Source: an uncultured Acholeplasmatales bacterium
GTDB lineage: Bacteria > Bacillota_I > Bacilli_A > Acholeplasmatales > UBA5453
NCBI GenBank assembly: GCA_927433595.1
Contig: CAKMJY010000001.1
Location: 1 to 62,579, forward strand
Direction of reading: 5' to 3'
Length of the DNA stretch: 62,579 nucleotides
Below the pieces are notes generated by a model. That model did not search any database and was not told where the DNA came from. It saw only the letters and a list, made by a program, of their open reading frames with translations. Made by a program: the position numbers and the translations under genes. This document shows, piece by piece, positions 10,010-17,192 of the stretch (its first letter is position 1; the number at the start of each line of letters is the position of its first letter).

Positions 10010-10396
10010 ATGAAAAAACTAATTAATTATGAACCAAAAAAGGAAACCCTCGAAGAGTTTCCATACGTTGAAATCATGGAGCAAAAACATGTGTTCGCAG
10101 ACCTTCCGTTAGCCGTTGTGGACTTCGGGAAGACTTATTCTAAACCAGTTTTATATGGCAACTACAGAGGCGTTCCTACGATTTATGATGAGTCTGAAGT
10201 AAAGCAGCATTTGGCCAAGCTGAAATTATTCCACTTTGCTGAAGACCAGGGGAAGCTAACTGAAGTAGAAGCTGAGAAAGCAACAATGCATGTAAGACTT
10301 CCAAAAGAAACAATAGTCGATCAACTGATATTTAAAGATGGCCAGATTATATGGGCTAAGCCTGTAGAAGAACCATCCAAAGAGGCGGTGAGCTAA
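10010..10396 (+). CDS. Hypothetical phage tail-region protein
   Basis: 128-aa ORF with AGGAGG SD inside the late operon. Confidence 0.7.
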   Translation: MKKLINYEPKKETLEEFPYVEIMEQKHVFADLPLAVVDFGKTYSKPVLYGNYRGVPTIYDESEVKQHLAKLKLFHFAEDQGKLTEVEAEKATMHVRLPKETIVDQLIFKDGQIIWAKPVEEPSKEAVS

Positions 10397-10397
10397 C

Positions 10398-10466
10398 ATG
10401 GCAACAATTAAGTCCGAGTATTATCGCTTTAATGGGTTAACTTGGGATTTACACTATTTTAAAACT
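10398..10466 (+). repeat. 69-bp direct repeat, copy 1 (copy 2 at 11584..11652)
   Basis: 63/69 identical, with a perfect 24-bp core TCCGAGTATTATCGCTTTAATGGG. Confidence 0.95.
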
Positions 10467-11573
10467 AGTGCAGACCTAATCGTTGAAACACAAACGAAGA
10501 AGGTCATGACTGATTTAGAACGTCAAGCGATTGCAGACTATCTAACAACATTTAACGATGTAGACTTATTAGCAAAGGTACAATCCAATGGTAAGCTACC
10601 AGTAGGCATTATCCCTTCACTGGGGTATCTACCACTCTCTGGCGGATCATTAACAGGACAAGTTAACGGTACCATTTTATCGCTTAGTGGTAATTTAATC
10701 GTGGGTGGCACTATGTTCATCAACGGAACTGTGGGAAGCGACAATGCATCAATCCAATTTAGTAGTGGCTTAGATTCCATTAACTTTAATGGCGTACCAC
10801 TTATTAACGTAGGCGCGCCATACAACGCAAGCGATGCCGCAACAAAAGAATATGTTGATGGGTTGGTTGCTGCAGGTATGCGACCAGTAGCTGCAGTAAA
10901 AGTAGCAACCACCGGAAACGTAACACTATCTGGGTTAACTACTCATGATGGTTACACATTAGTGGCTGGCGACCGTATTCTTGTATGGAAGCAAAATACA
11001 CCAAGCCAAAACGGTATTTATACCGCTTCATCCGGTGCTTGGACAAAAGTAGCAGCAGATAGTAAACAAGGTGCATTCGTATTCGTAGAAAACGGAACAC
11101 TTTATAATGACTGGTTCTTCCATTGTCAAGACAACGCTGGAACATGGATCGACCACAGCAGACCAGACACAATCAAAGCAGGCGTGGGGTTAGTCAAAGC
11201 TGGTACTACACTTAGAATTAAAAATATCACTGATGATGGTGTTGGAGGTATTATCAGTGCTATGTTTGAAGATGGTGCTCTCGAAGTATCAAAGATAAGC
11301 AACTATGGCGCGGAAAGTTATACAGACAATGAATCATGGACAGGTCTGGCAGATGAGTCCTCCGCATCGATAGGACAACATACGTGGAATATCTATGCGG
11401 CGATTAGGCGATTAAGAGGTACGTCATTATACAATACAAACAACACCGAAACAATTGCAGGCGCATATGCACTAGCTAATACAAAGATTAAAACTTATGT
11501 AAATAGCGCTACGCCAGTCGCAGACGCAAATACATACAAAATCGGCGATTTATATTTCAAGACATTAGCATAG
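10398..11573 (+). CDS. Tail fibre protein 1
   Basis: YLPLSGG, DAATKEYVD and VATTGNVTLSGL...GDRILV..Q...QNGIY fibre motifs. Confidence 0.82.
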   Translation: MATIKSEYYRFNGLTWDLHYFKTSADLIVETQTKKVMTDLERQAIADYLTTFNDVDLLAKVQSNGKLPVGIIPSLGYLPLSGGSLTGQVNGTILSLSGNLIVGGTMFINGTVGSDNASIQFSSGLDSINFNGVPLINVGAPYNASDAATKEYVDGLVAAGMRPVAAVKVATTGNVTLSGLTTHDGYTLVAGDRILVWKQNTPSQNGIYTASSGAWTKVAADSKQGAFVFVENGTLYNDWFFHCQDNAGTWIDHSRPDTIKAGVGLVKAGTTLRIKNITDDGVGGIISAMFEDGALEVSKISNYGAESYTDNESWTGLADESSASIGQHTWNIYAAIRRLRGTSLYNTNNTETIAGAYALANTKIKTYVNSATPVADANTYKIGDLYFKTLA

Positions 11574-11583
11574 GAGGTAGTTT

Positions 11584-11652
11584 ATGGCGACAATTAAATC
11601 CGAGTATTATCGCTTTAATGGGATAACTTGGGATGTACACTACTTCAAAACT
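11584..11652 (+). repeat. 69-bp direct repeat, copy 2
   Basis: Matches 10398..10466 at 63/69. Confidence 0.95.
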
Positions 11653-13443
11653 ACCATGGATATGGTTGATGGACTGACAAGTGCGTTGGATGGAAAGATA
11701 GATAAGCGGTCTGGCATTTTAAAAAGTGGAGGTATAGTTGACACAACCGGTTTATTCCCTTACGCAATTACAACTGCATCAACGGCTATTGGCTTTGAAT
11801 ACAATGTCTTATTAAACGCGAGTAAAAAAGGATATACATTTACGCAAAGCGGAACTGGACAGATTGCGAACCCAGCAGAACTGTGTGACGGTAAATTAGA
11901 ACCTCGATATAGTCCTGATGGAATAAATCCAGCGGACCCGTTTATATTACTTATTGAAGGGCTTCCAAATGTACATACTCAAACTGGAGCAGTCTTCGGA
12001 TGGACTTCGAGGTATTGGAATCCAACCAAGTATAAAGTGGAAGCGTATGACCAATACGCGGGTGGAGTATGGAAAACACTTGTTGATGAACAAACCGGAG
12101 TAACTACTAAAGATTTAGTAATACCAATCTTCCCAACATTTAGTGGTGCTCTTACTAAATTTAGAATAACAATCTATGATAGTAATGGTGCAGTAGGCAC
12201 AAATGGCTTTAGAAGATGGGGATTAAGTGAAATATTCTTTATTCATCCAGAAGCGCAATCAACACATTCATATTTAGATGTTGAATGGGCCAAAAAGTTA
12301 TCAACCGCTAGAACTATAAACGGTGTCAGTTTCGACGGATCAGCAAACATAACAGTACCATCCTCTGACGTTCCTTCGTGGGCAAAAGCGCAAAGCCTTT
12401 TCTATAATGAGCAAACAATAGATGGTAATTTAAGTGGCACAGTATATCTTAGCAAGAATTGGATAGGATCTGTCAGCGTTCATACAAGCGCACCTAATAA
12501 CGTAAATGGGTGGTATCTATTACAAAACATCAGGCATAGAGGTGGCGCAAGTGATGGAACTTCGTATGGTGTGCAAATTGCTACTGGCATGACTGTTCAA
12601 GTAGGTAGGACATTTACTAGAACACACAGCGGTGGTGTATGGACAGACTGGATAGAGCTGTATCACACAGGTAACTTTAATCCATCAAACTACTTACCGT
12701 TGACTCAGCCTGTTGGTGGAAGCATAATCAATGGCGCAATTACATTCAACGATATTGTGTCATTTAATCAATCAATAGTTCTAAACACATTGTATGTTGA
12801 TACCATCACAAATGATGGAGGGTCCCTAGTCTTTAGTGCATTAGATAGTCTCAATTTCAACGGTGCAGTTCTAATGAACGTAAGCGATCCATTCAATGCT
12901 GGCGATGCAATCAACAAAGGATACTTGGATGCACGAATTACACTACCAGATTCAAACACTGTGAAGCTTCAAAAGAATTTCGTTGTTCTTCAAAGTTACT
13001 CTGATGTTTTGACATTGGGAGATGAATCCTTACCATCACTTATTTGTGGCCCTTCAGGTCAAGGAGCATTCGAAATATATGGCGGATTATCCGCAACCTT
13101 AGATATTTATTCACGAGGCAAGAAAGTAGCGACTTTAGGATCTGTTGTTCAAAAAACAGGTTCATATACATTTTCACTAGCAGATGCAGATAACTTCACA
13201 TATTTTAATTCATCATCTAGCTTGCTAGCATACATCCCTACAAATACATCAGTGGCTTTCCCAATCGGAACAGAGCTGCACATCATGCGATATGGTACTG
13301 GAGATGTAACAATAACACCAGCTTCAGGCGTAACGCTTGTATCAGATGGTAATAAACGCAAGATAGCAGCGCAATACGCAGCAGTAACAGTCAAGAAGAT
13401 ACTAACTGACACATGGGCAATTATAGGAGCACTAAAAGCATGA
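11584..13443 (+). CDS. Tail fibre protein 2 / receptor-binding protein
   Basis: Same N-terminus as fibre 1; ARTINGVSFDGSANIT repeat; knob-like W..W.ELYHTGNF; C-terminal FPIGT...WAIIG domain. Confidence 0.85.
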   Translation: MATIKSEYYRFNGITWDVHYFKTTMDMVDGLTSALDGKIDKRSGILKSGGIVDTTGLFPYAITTASTAIGFEYNVLLNASKKGYTFTQSGTGQIANPAELCDGKLEPRYSPDGINPADPFILLIEGLPNVHTQTGAVFGWTSRYWNPTKYKVEAYDQYAGGVWKTLVDEQTGVTTKDLVIPIFPTFSGALTKFRITIYDSNGAVGTNGFRRWGLSEIFFIHPEAQSTHSYLDVEWAKKLSTARTINGVSFDGSANITVPSSDVPSWAKAQSLFYNEQTIDGNLSGTVYLSKNWIGSVSVHTSAPNNVNGWYLLQNIRHRGGASDGTSYGVQIATGMTVQVGRTFTRTHSGGVWTDWIELYHTGNFNPSNYLPLTQPVGGSIINGAITFNDIVSFNQSIVLNTLYVDTITNDGGSLVFSALDSLNFNGAVLMNVSDPFNAGDAINKGYLDARITLPDSNTVKLQKNFVVLQSYSDVLTLGDESLPSLICGPSGQGAFEIYGGLSATLDIYSRGKKVATLGSVVQKTGSYTFSLADADNFTYFNSSSSLLAYIPTNTSVAFPIGTELHIMRYGTGDVTITPASGVTLVSDGNKRKIAAQYAAVTVKKILTDTWAIIGALKA

Positions 13444-13712
13444 TCCTAGGAATAGTAGCAAGCCAAGGCGGCGCAGTACCTACATCATGGGTTTACACAG
13501 GAACTGGGTTCCCTTATACAACAACAAATGAATCAATTATCTACCCAGACAAAGTATGGCCAGCTGCGTGTTTAACTCAAGCAGCAACAGTAGCACTCCT
13601 ACCAGATGTTAGTTTGTACGGTATAGGCGACACTTGCAAAGTTTATGGTTATTACGTTGACCGGTTCTCAAACCGTTCAGTGTGTACAGTATATTTATAT
13701 GAAGCGCAATAG
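13440..13712 (+). CDS. Small fibre-associated protein (possible adhesin tip)
   Basis: ATGA-coupled to fibre 2; starts MILGIVAS; 90 aa. Confidence 0.65.
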   Translation: MILGIVASQGGAVPTSWVYTGTGFPYTTTNESIIYPDKVWPAACLTQAATVALLPDVSLYGIGDTCKVYGYYVDRFSNRSVCTVYLYEAQ

Positions 13713-13732
13713 TAGCGCGGGAAGAGGCAGAA

Positions 13733-14062
13733 ATGGAACAGACAGTGCAAAGTTTAGTTTCAAAACGATTAGCCTACAGATTGGCTGACCATTTGCCAAA
13801 ACCGCTAAAGATTGCTTACTACATCATCTTATGGGCAACGGCGATATACGTTCTATATCGCTTCCTTAGATGGCTCTTAGAATCTATCCAAAAGGTAGGC
13901 GAGTTCATGTTCGAGAAACGGAACTACTGGACTACAGTGTGGGTAATATTCGTGATGTTTGTAGGCAGTGTCTTAGTAGCACAGTTTTGGTACGGATTAG
14001 ACCCAGTTGGTCACACGGTCCGATGGTTTGAAAATCTGATAAAAGGCTGGATTACTTTATGA
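13733..14062 (+). CDS. Holin-like membrane protein (2 predicted TM segments)
   Basis: Position after fibres; two hydrophobic, aromatic-rich stretches. Confidence 0.5.
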   Translation: MEQTVQSLVSKRLAYRLADHLPKPLKIAYYIILWATAIYVLYRFLRWLLESIQKVGEFMFEKRNYWTTVWVIFVMFVGSVLVAQFWYGLDPVGHTVRWFENLIKGWITL

Positions 14063-14844
14063 AGATTTTAAAAGGGTATTTATCATTATTCTCGGGTTCT
14101 ATTCTACCAATAGTAGCTTGGCTATTGGAATGGCTAGATAACGTAGAGCTTCTAAGGCTCCAAAAGACTTTCTATTTGCTATCAATAGTCTTAATCTGCA
14201 TAGGTATCATACAGGTGCTGTTTAGGAGAAGAGCAAAGAGCAAAAGAAGAAAGAGAATCATGGAGCAAATGGCTGGTACTCAACAGGCCAAAAAGATTGT
14301 TGATTTAGCAAAAAACCCTTCCAAGAAGGGCGAAGTAATAGTTGAGACATTTCACTTATTCCAAAAAGGAGGAAAAATCGTGAAAGCAAAATTCGCATCA
14401 CTCGGTATCGTGCAGATTCTATCTCTCGTTGCCACATTATTGTTATTGGGATTAAGTGCTGCATCAGCATTTTATCCAGAACTATCTATCGTCGCAGAAA
14501 ACATTGCATTGGTCATGGTCATGGCTGGTATCACTGCGACTCCTGGTATTATGTCGCATGGTAAAGATTTAGGTGAGCAGTTTAGATCTAGTATAGAAAG
14601 AATGAACGCCATCAAAGCAGCAAATGCAAAGATTAAAGTTGCCAAAAAAGAACTGGATAAGATTGATGCCGAATATGCTTGGCTCAAACCTTACATTCAA
14701 AGACATACTTTATATAACACGCCATTGACTGGCGAACAGGCATTAGAGCATGACAATCATCAGAGTCAGCGTCAAGTGTTTGTAGATTTGATTGAAGGAT
14801 ATAAACTGGAAATCAAGCAGCTTCAAGAGGTTCAAAATGATTAA
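14059..14844 (+). CDS. Membrane protein with C-terminal coiled coil, putative lysis protein
   Basis: About 4 hydrophobic segments, basic linker RRRAKSKRRKR, and an internal SD with in-frame GTG at 14380. Confidence 0.7.
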   Translation: MKILKGYLSLFSGSILPIVAWLLEWLDNVELLRLQKTFYLLSIVLICIGIIQVLFRRRAKSKRRKRIMEQMAGTQQAKKIVDLAKNPSKKGEVIVETFHLFQKGGKIVKAKFASLGIVQILSLVATLLLLGLSAASAFYPELSIVAENIALVMVMAGITATPGIMSHGKDLGEQFRSSIERMNAIKAANAKIKVAKKELDKIDAEYAWLKPYIQRHTLYNTPLTGEQALEHDNHQSQRQVFVDLIEGYKLEIKQLQEVQND

Positions 14845-15358
14845 GTCATACGGTAACATCAAATGTGAAGCAGATTTGAAAATGATTCAATCAAGGTTAG
14901 AAGCGAATCAACAAGCTGTAGGCGTATCTGATGGTGGGAATTTATTCACTCTGAATAAGAACTCGAGTATATTTCAAATAACTCGAGAAAAGGCTCAAGA
15001 ATTGCTTCAGGCCACGCATGAGGAGATGGATCTAATTATCTCTTCAAGAGGAAAATATGTATTCCCAGATCCTGTTGTTGAAGAACCTTCGATTGATGCA
15101 TTAAATATTCCATTCGAATCTACAGAAGTAGCACCTGATGTAATCGAACCTGTAGAAGTGAAGGAAGCAGATACATTGAACATCTCTAATGAAGAAGTTA
15201 TCGATGTCATAGAAGGTGAACCTGGCGTTAATCAGGATGATGAACCTGATGATGCTGAAGACTTTGTTCAAATCTCAAAAGAAGAATATGATGAACTTCT
15301 AGATAAATCTACATCATATGATGCAATTAAAGATTTGATTCTTAATGCAAAATATTAA
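14837..15358 (+). CDS. Hypothetical acidic phage protein
   Basis: ATG 14837 after GAGG, overlapping the upstream stop; D/E-rich C-terminal half. Confidence 0.7.
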   Translation: MIKSYGNIKCEADLKMIQSRLEANQQAVGVSDGGNLFTLNKNSSIFQITREKAQELLQATHEEMDLIISSRGKYVFPDPVVEEPSIDALNIPFESTEVAPDVIEPVEVKEADTLNISNEEVIDVIEGEPGVNQDDEPDDAEDFVQISKEEYDELLDKSTSYDAIKDLILNAKY

Positions 15359-15361
15359 TAT

Positions 15362-15393
15362 AAAAGCCATGGGAAAGGTCCATGGCTTTTTTT
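15362..15393. terminator. Bidirectional intrinsic terminator ending the late operon
   Basis: AAAAGCCATGG-gaaaggt-CCATGGCTTTT plus T-run, between convergent genes. Confidence 0.88.
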
Positions 15394-15394
15394 G

Positions 15395-15655
15395 TTAGTC
15401 CCAGTACTCGGGTTTAAATTCATTCACATCAAAATTTAATGCTTCAGCTATCTTCAATCGGGTTTTATCTGATATTCCCCTAACACCAGTTTCCCATTGG
15501 CCAACCGATTGCTTAGTAACTCCAATCATGTTGCTGATATCTTTTAGAGACCCTTTTAAGAACTCTCTATTCACTTTAATAATTAATGCATCAAAGGTTA
15601 GTTCAGGATATAACTCTTTATATGCTAACAATAAATGCTTCTTTACTTGATTCAT
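15395..15655 (-). CDS. XRE-family helix-turn-helix protein
   Basis: SLKDISNMIGVTKQSVGQWETGVRGI...KIAEAL; AGGAG SD lies inside the upstream gene. Confidence 0.88.
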   Translation of the reverse strand: MNQVKKHLLLAYKELYPELTFDALIIKVNREFLKGSLKDISNMIGVTKQSVGQWETGVRGISDKTRLKIAEALNFDVNEFKPEYWD

Positions 15656-16142
15656 CAAAGTTCAACTCCTTTTCAATAATAGATTTTCTCTCTTCGATGA
15701 GAGGGCGAAGATATCCAGGAACGTCAATCTTCAATTTTCTTTTTAACATTTTACTAATGAAGATCTCTGAGTATGCAATTGCATCAACTTCGATGGCTTG
15801 AGTAGCGTAATCAACCATGTTGTCTTCTGAAGGTTTTATATGATTATCAAACTCTTTCTTCCATAGAACTGGATTATCTGAAGGCTTTGGAGCAATGTCA
15901 CCAGTGATTACCTGGTGTTGGTACGCATGACGTGTTTCATGGGCTAAAAAGCCTAATACGGTTGGTGTGAGTTCTGTATAAATCGAATTAACAAGAATCA
16001 CATTGTCTTCTGGCATGAAAGCTGCAGCAATTACTTTACTATCAGAATTCAGAAGAAGAATCTCTGTAGGAAATTTGCCGAGCACCTTTGATGATTCAGT
16101 TTCTATTCTATTGAGCTGTTCTAAAAATGTCATTTTATGCAT
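15618..16142 (-). CDS. HExxH zinc metallopeptidase (ImmA/IrrE-like)
   Basis: LAHETRHAYQ and downstream Y..Q.IEVDA. Confidence 0.8.
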   Translation of the reverse strand: MHKMTFLEQLNRIETESSKVLGKFPTEILLLNSDSKVIAAAFMPEDNVILVNSIYTELTPTVLGFLAHETRHAYQHQVITGDIAPKPSDNPVLWKKEFDNHIKPSEDNMVDYATQAIEVDAIAYSEIFISKMLKRKLKIDVPGYLRPLIEERKSIIEKELNFDESSKEAFIVSI

Positions 16143-16320
16143 TTACGACTTCGACTACATAGTCTTGAACTGCACTCTTTACGTAGCTTTCTTTATCTTC
16201 ATCAGTTTGAACGTCATCATAGAAAATGATATCTGCATCGTTGATTGCTTCTATAAGTGTAGATCCTTCTCCAATTAGGTTTACTTTCTTACCTTGGATT
16301 GCTTTGTATAATTTAGTCAT
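16135..16320 (-). CDS. Small acidic hypothetical protein (61 aa)
   Basis: AAGGAGAG SD; overlaps the peptidase start; 12 D/E versus 6 K. Confidence 0.75.
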   Translation of the reverse strand: MTKLYKAIQGKKVNLIGEGSTLIEAINDADIIFYDDVQTDEDKESYVKSAVQDYVVEVVNA

Positions 16321-16349
16321 GTTATTCTCTCCTTGTGTGTGATGTCTGT

Positions 16350-16378
16350 TTGATTTATTAAATGAACTGCTATATAAT
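16350..16378 (+). promoter_or_regulatory. Sigma-A promoter of the antisense RNA
   Basis: TTGATT-17 bp-TATAAT. Confidence 0.7.
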
Positions 16379-16381
16379 AAA

Positions 16382-16450
16382 GGTAAGGTGGTTAAGACTT
16401 TTTAACTTTGGTCGGTTATGAGGTTTTAGTTACCTTTATTATTTTTGTTT
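16382..16450 (+). ncRNA. Putative cis-antisense hairpin sRNA
   Basis: Follows the promoter; long stem with several G-U pairs valid only on the plus strand, UUGGUC loop, U-rich tail. Confidence 0.55.
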
Positions 16451-16587
16451 GTTTGGTTTAATTCAACCATTGCAACTTCAACTTCTTCATCATCTTCAAG
16501 AACGATGAACACTTGAGTTACCATTATTAGTTGTTTGCCATTAACTTTTTTGCTTTCAACTTCGCCATGTACTGGGACTAGTTTCAT
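16426..16587 (-). CDS. Small hypothetical protein (53 aa)
   Basis: Strong SD AGAAAGGAGGT before ATG 16587; first gene after a consensus promoter. Confidence 0.75.
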   Translation of the reverse strand: MKLVPVHGEVESKKVNGKQLIMVTQVFIVLEDDEEVEVAMVELNQTNKNNKGN

Positions 16588-16636
16588 AATTTTTACCTCC
16601 TTTCTCATTTGTACTCCTTAACCACCCTACATATAT

Positions 16637-16667
16637 ATTATAGCATTATCGCTTTACGTTGTCAAGC
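16637..16667 (-). promoter_or_regulatory. Consensus sigma-A promoter with an overlapping palindromic operator
   Basis: TTGACA-17 bp-TATAAT with extended -10 TG; imperfect palindrome GCTTTAC-gtt-GTCAAGC (16651..16667) covers the -35. Confidence 0.85.
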
Positions 16668-16719
16668 ATTTAATGAAACTTTTTTTATTTTTGTGTATAA
16701 TATTATTAGGGGTGGTTAT

Positions 16720-16887
16720 ATGATGGATAATACCAAATGTAGAAAAGATACGGATTTAGAAGTTAGTAATAAGATAGATGAATCTCAAGAGGAAGATCCT
16801 GAAATGGATCTCATTAGATTCTTTGATGGTATTTTAGAAGTCATAAAGAAAGACGAAGTATTAAGCAAGTTACTTGATTTAGAGTAA
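16720..16887 (+). CDS. Small acidic hypothetical protein (55 aa)
   Basis: TATAAT at 16696 and an AGGGGTG SD-like sequence precede ATG ATG at 16720. Confidence 0.5.
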   Translation: MMDNTKCRKDTDLEVSNKIDESQEEDPEMDLIRFFDGILEVIKKDEVLSKLLDLE

Positions 16888-16970
16888 AAACAACTAGTTT
16901 AACATGAATGTCGATGTGATATATATGTATTTACTAGGATCTACGGTCGCCTGAATGTTCGGATGAACTC

Positions 16971-16984
16971 TACCAATGGCACCA
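16971..16984 (+). other. Putative attR core: tRNA 3' fragment (Leu- or Thr-like, ending TGGCACCA)
   Basis: TACCAATGGCACCA resembles an acceptor-stem 3' strand plus ACCA, has no upstream tRNA body, is followed by a terminator, and marks the phage/host boundary. Confidence 0.6.
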
Positions 16985-16995
16985 CTTGAAATGAT

Positions 16996-17021
16996 AACGG
17001 CTATTTATGAGCCGTTTTTTT
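16996..17021 (+). terminator. Intrinsic terminator after attR
   Basis: AACGGCT-atttatg-AGCCGTT plus T-run. Confidence 0.8.
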
Positions 17022-17192
17022 CTTTTTCAAAGGCATTGTTTTGATAAGTGATGCTTAAAAAAGAAGGCATAATAGATGTGGCATAAATTCACTTAATCAT
17101 AATTAATTACCTAAGACCCATTTTTCGTAACTTAGTTTATTAACTAGTAAATATAATGGTATAATCTATATAACGATAGAAGGTGTCTAAGT

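Larger units (their letters stand above)
1..16984 (+). mobile_element. Prophage, right portion (siphovirus-like head, tail, fibres, putative lysis cassette, accessory operon, attR)
   Basis: Contiguous portal-protease-capsid-neck-tail-TMP-Dit-hub-fibre gene order ending at a tRNA-like 3' fragment; host genes follow. Left end and integrase lie outside the window. Confidence 0.93.

Noticed and set aside
10398-11652. Fibre repeat pair as a diversity-generating retroelement TR/VR
   Set aside because: Mismatches are mostly synonymous and not adenine-specific, the repeats are N-terminal, and no reverse transcriptase is in the window.
10398-13712. Invertible tail-fibre shufflon
   Set aside because: The repeats are direct, and there are no inverted fibre cassettes or invertase nearby.
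16426-16587. Classical membrane type I toxin
   Set aside because: The peptide is charged with no TM-length hydrophobic run; only the RNA architecture resembles type I systems.
16609-16719. 5' extension of ORF 16609..16887
   Set aside because: It runs through two promoters with no SD; the plausible start is 16720 or 16723.
16900-16984. Intact tRNA gene
   Set aside because: No D arm, anticodon arm or properly spaced T arm; only the 3' end matches.
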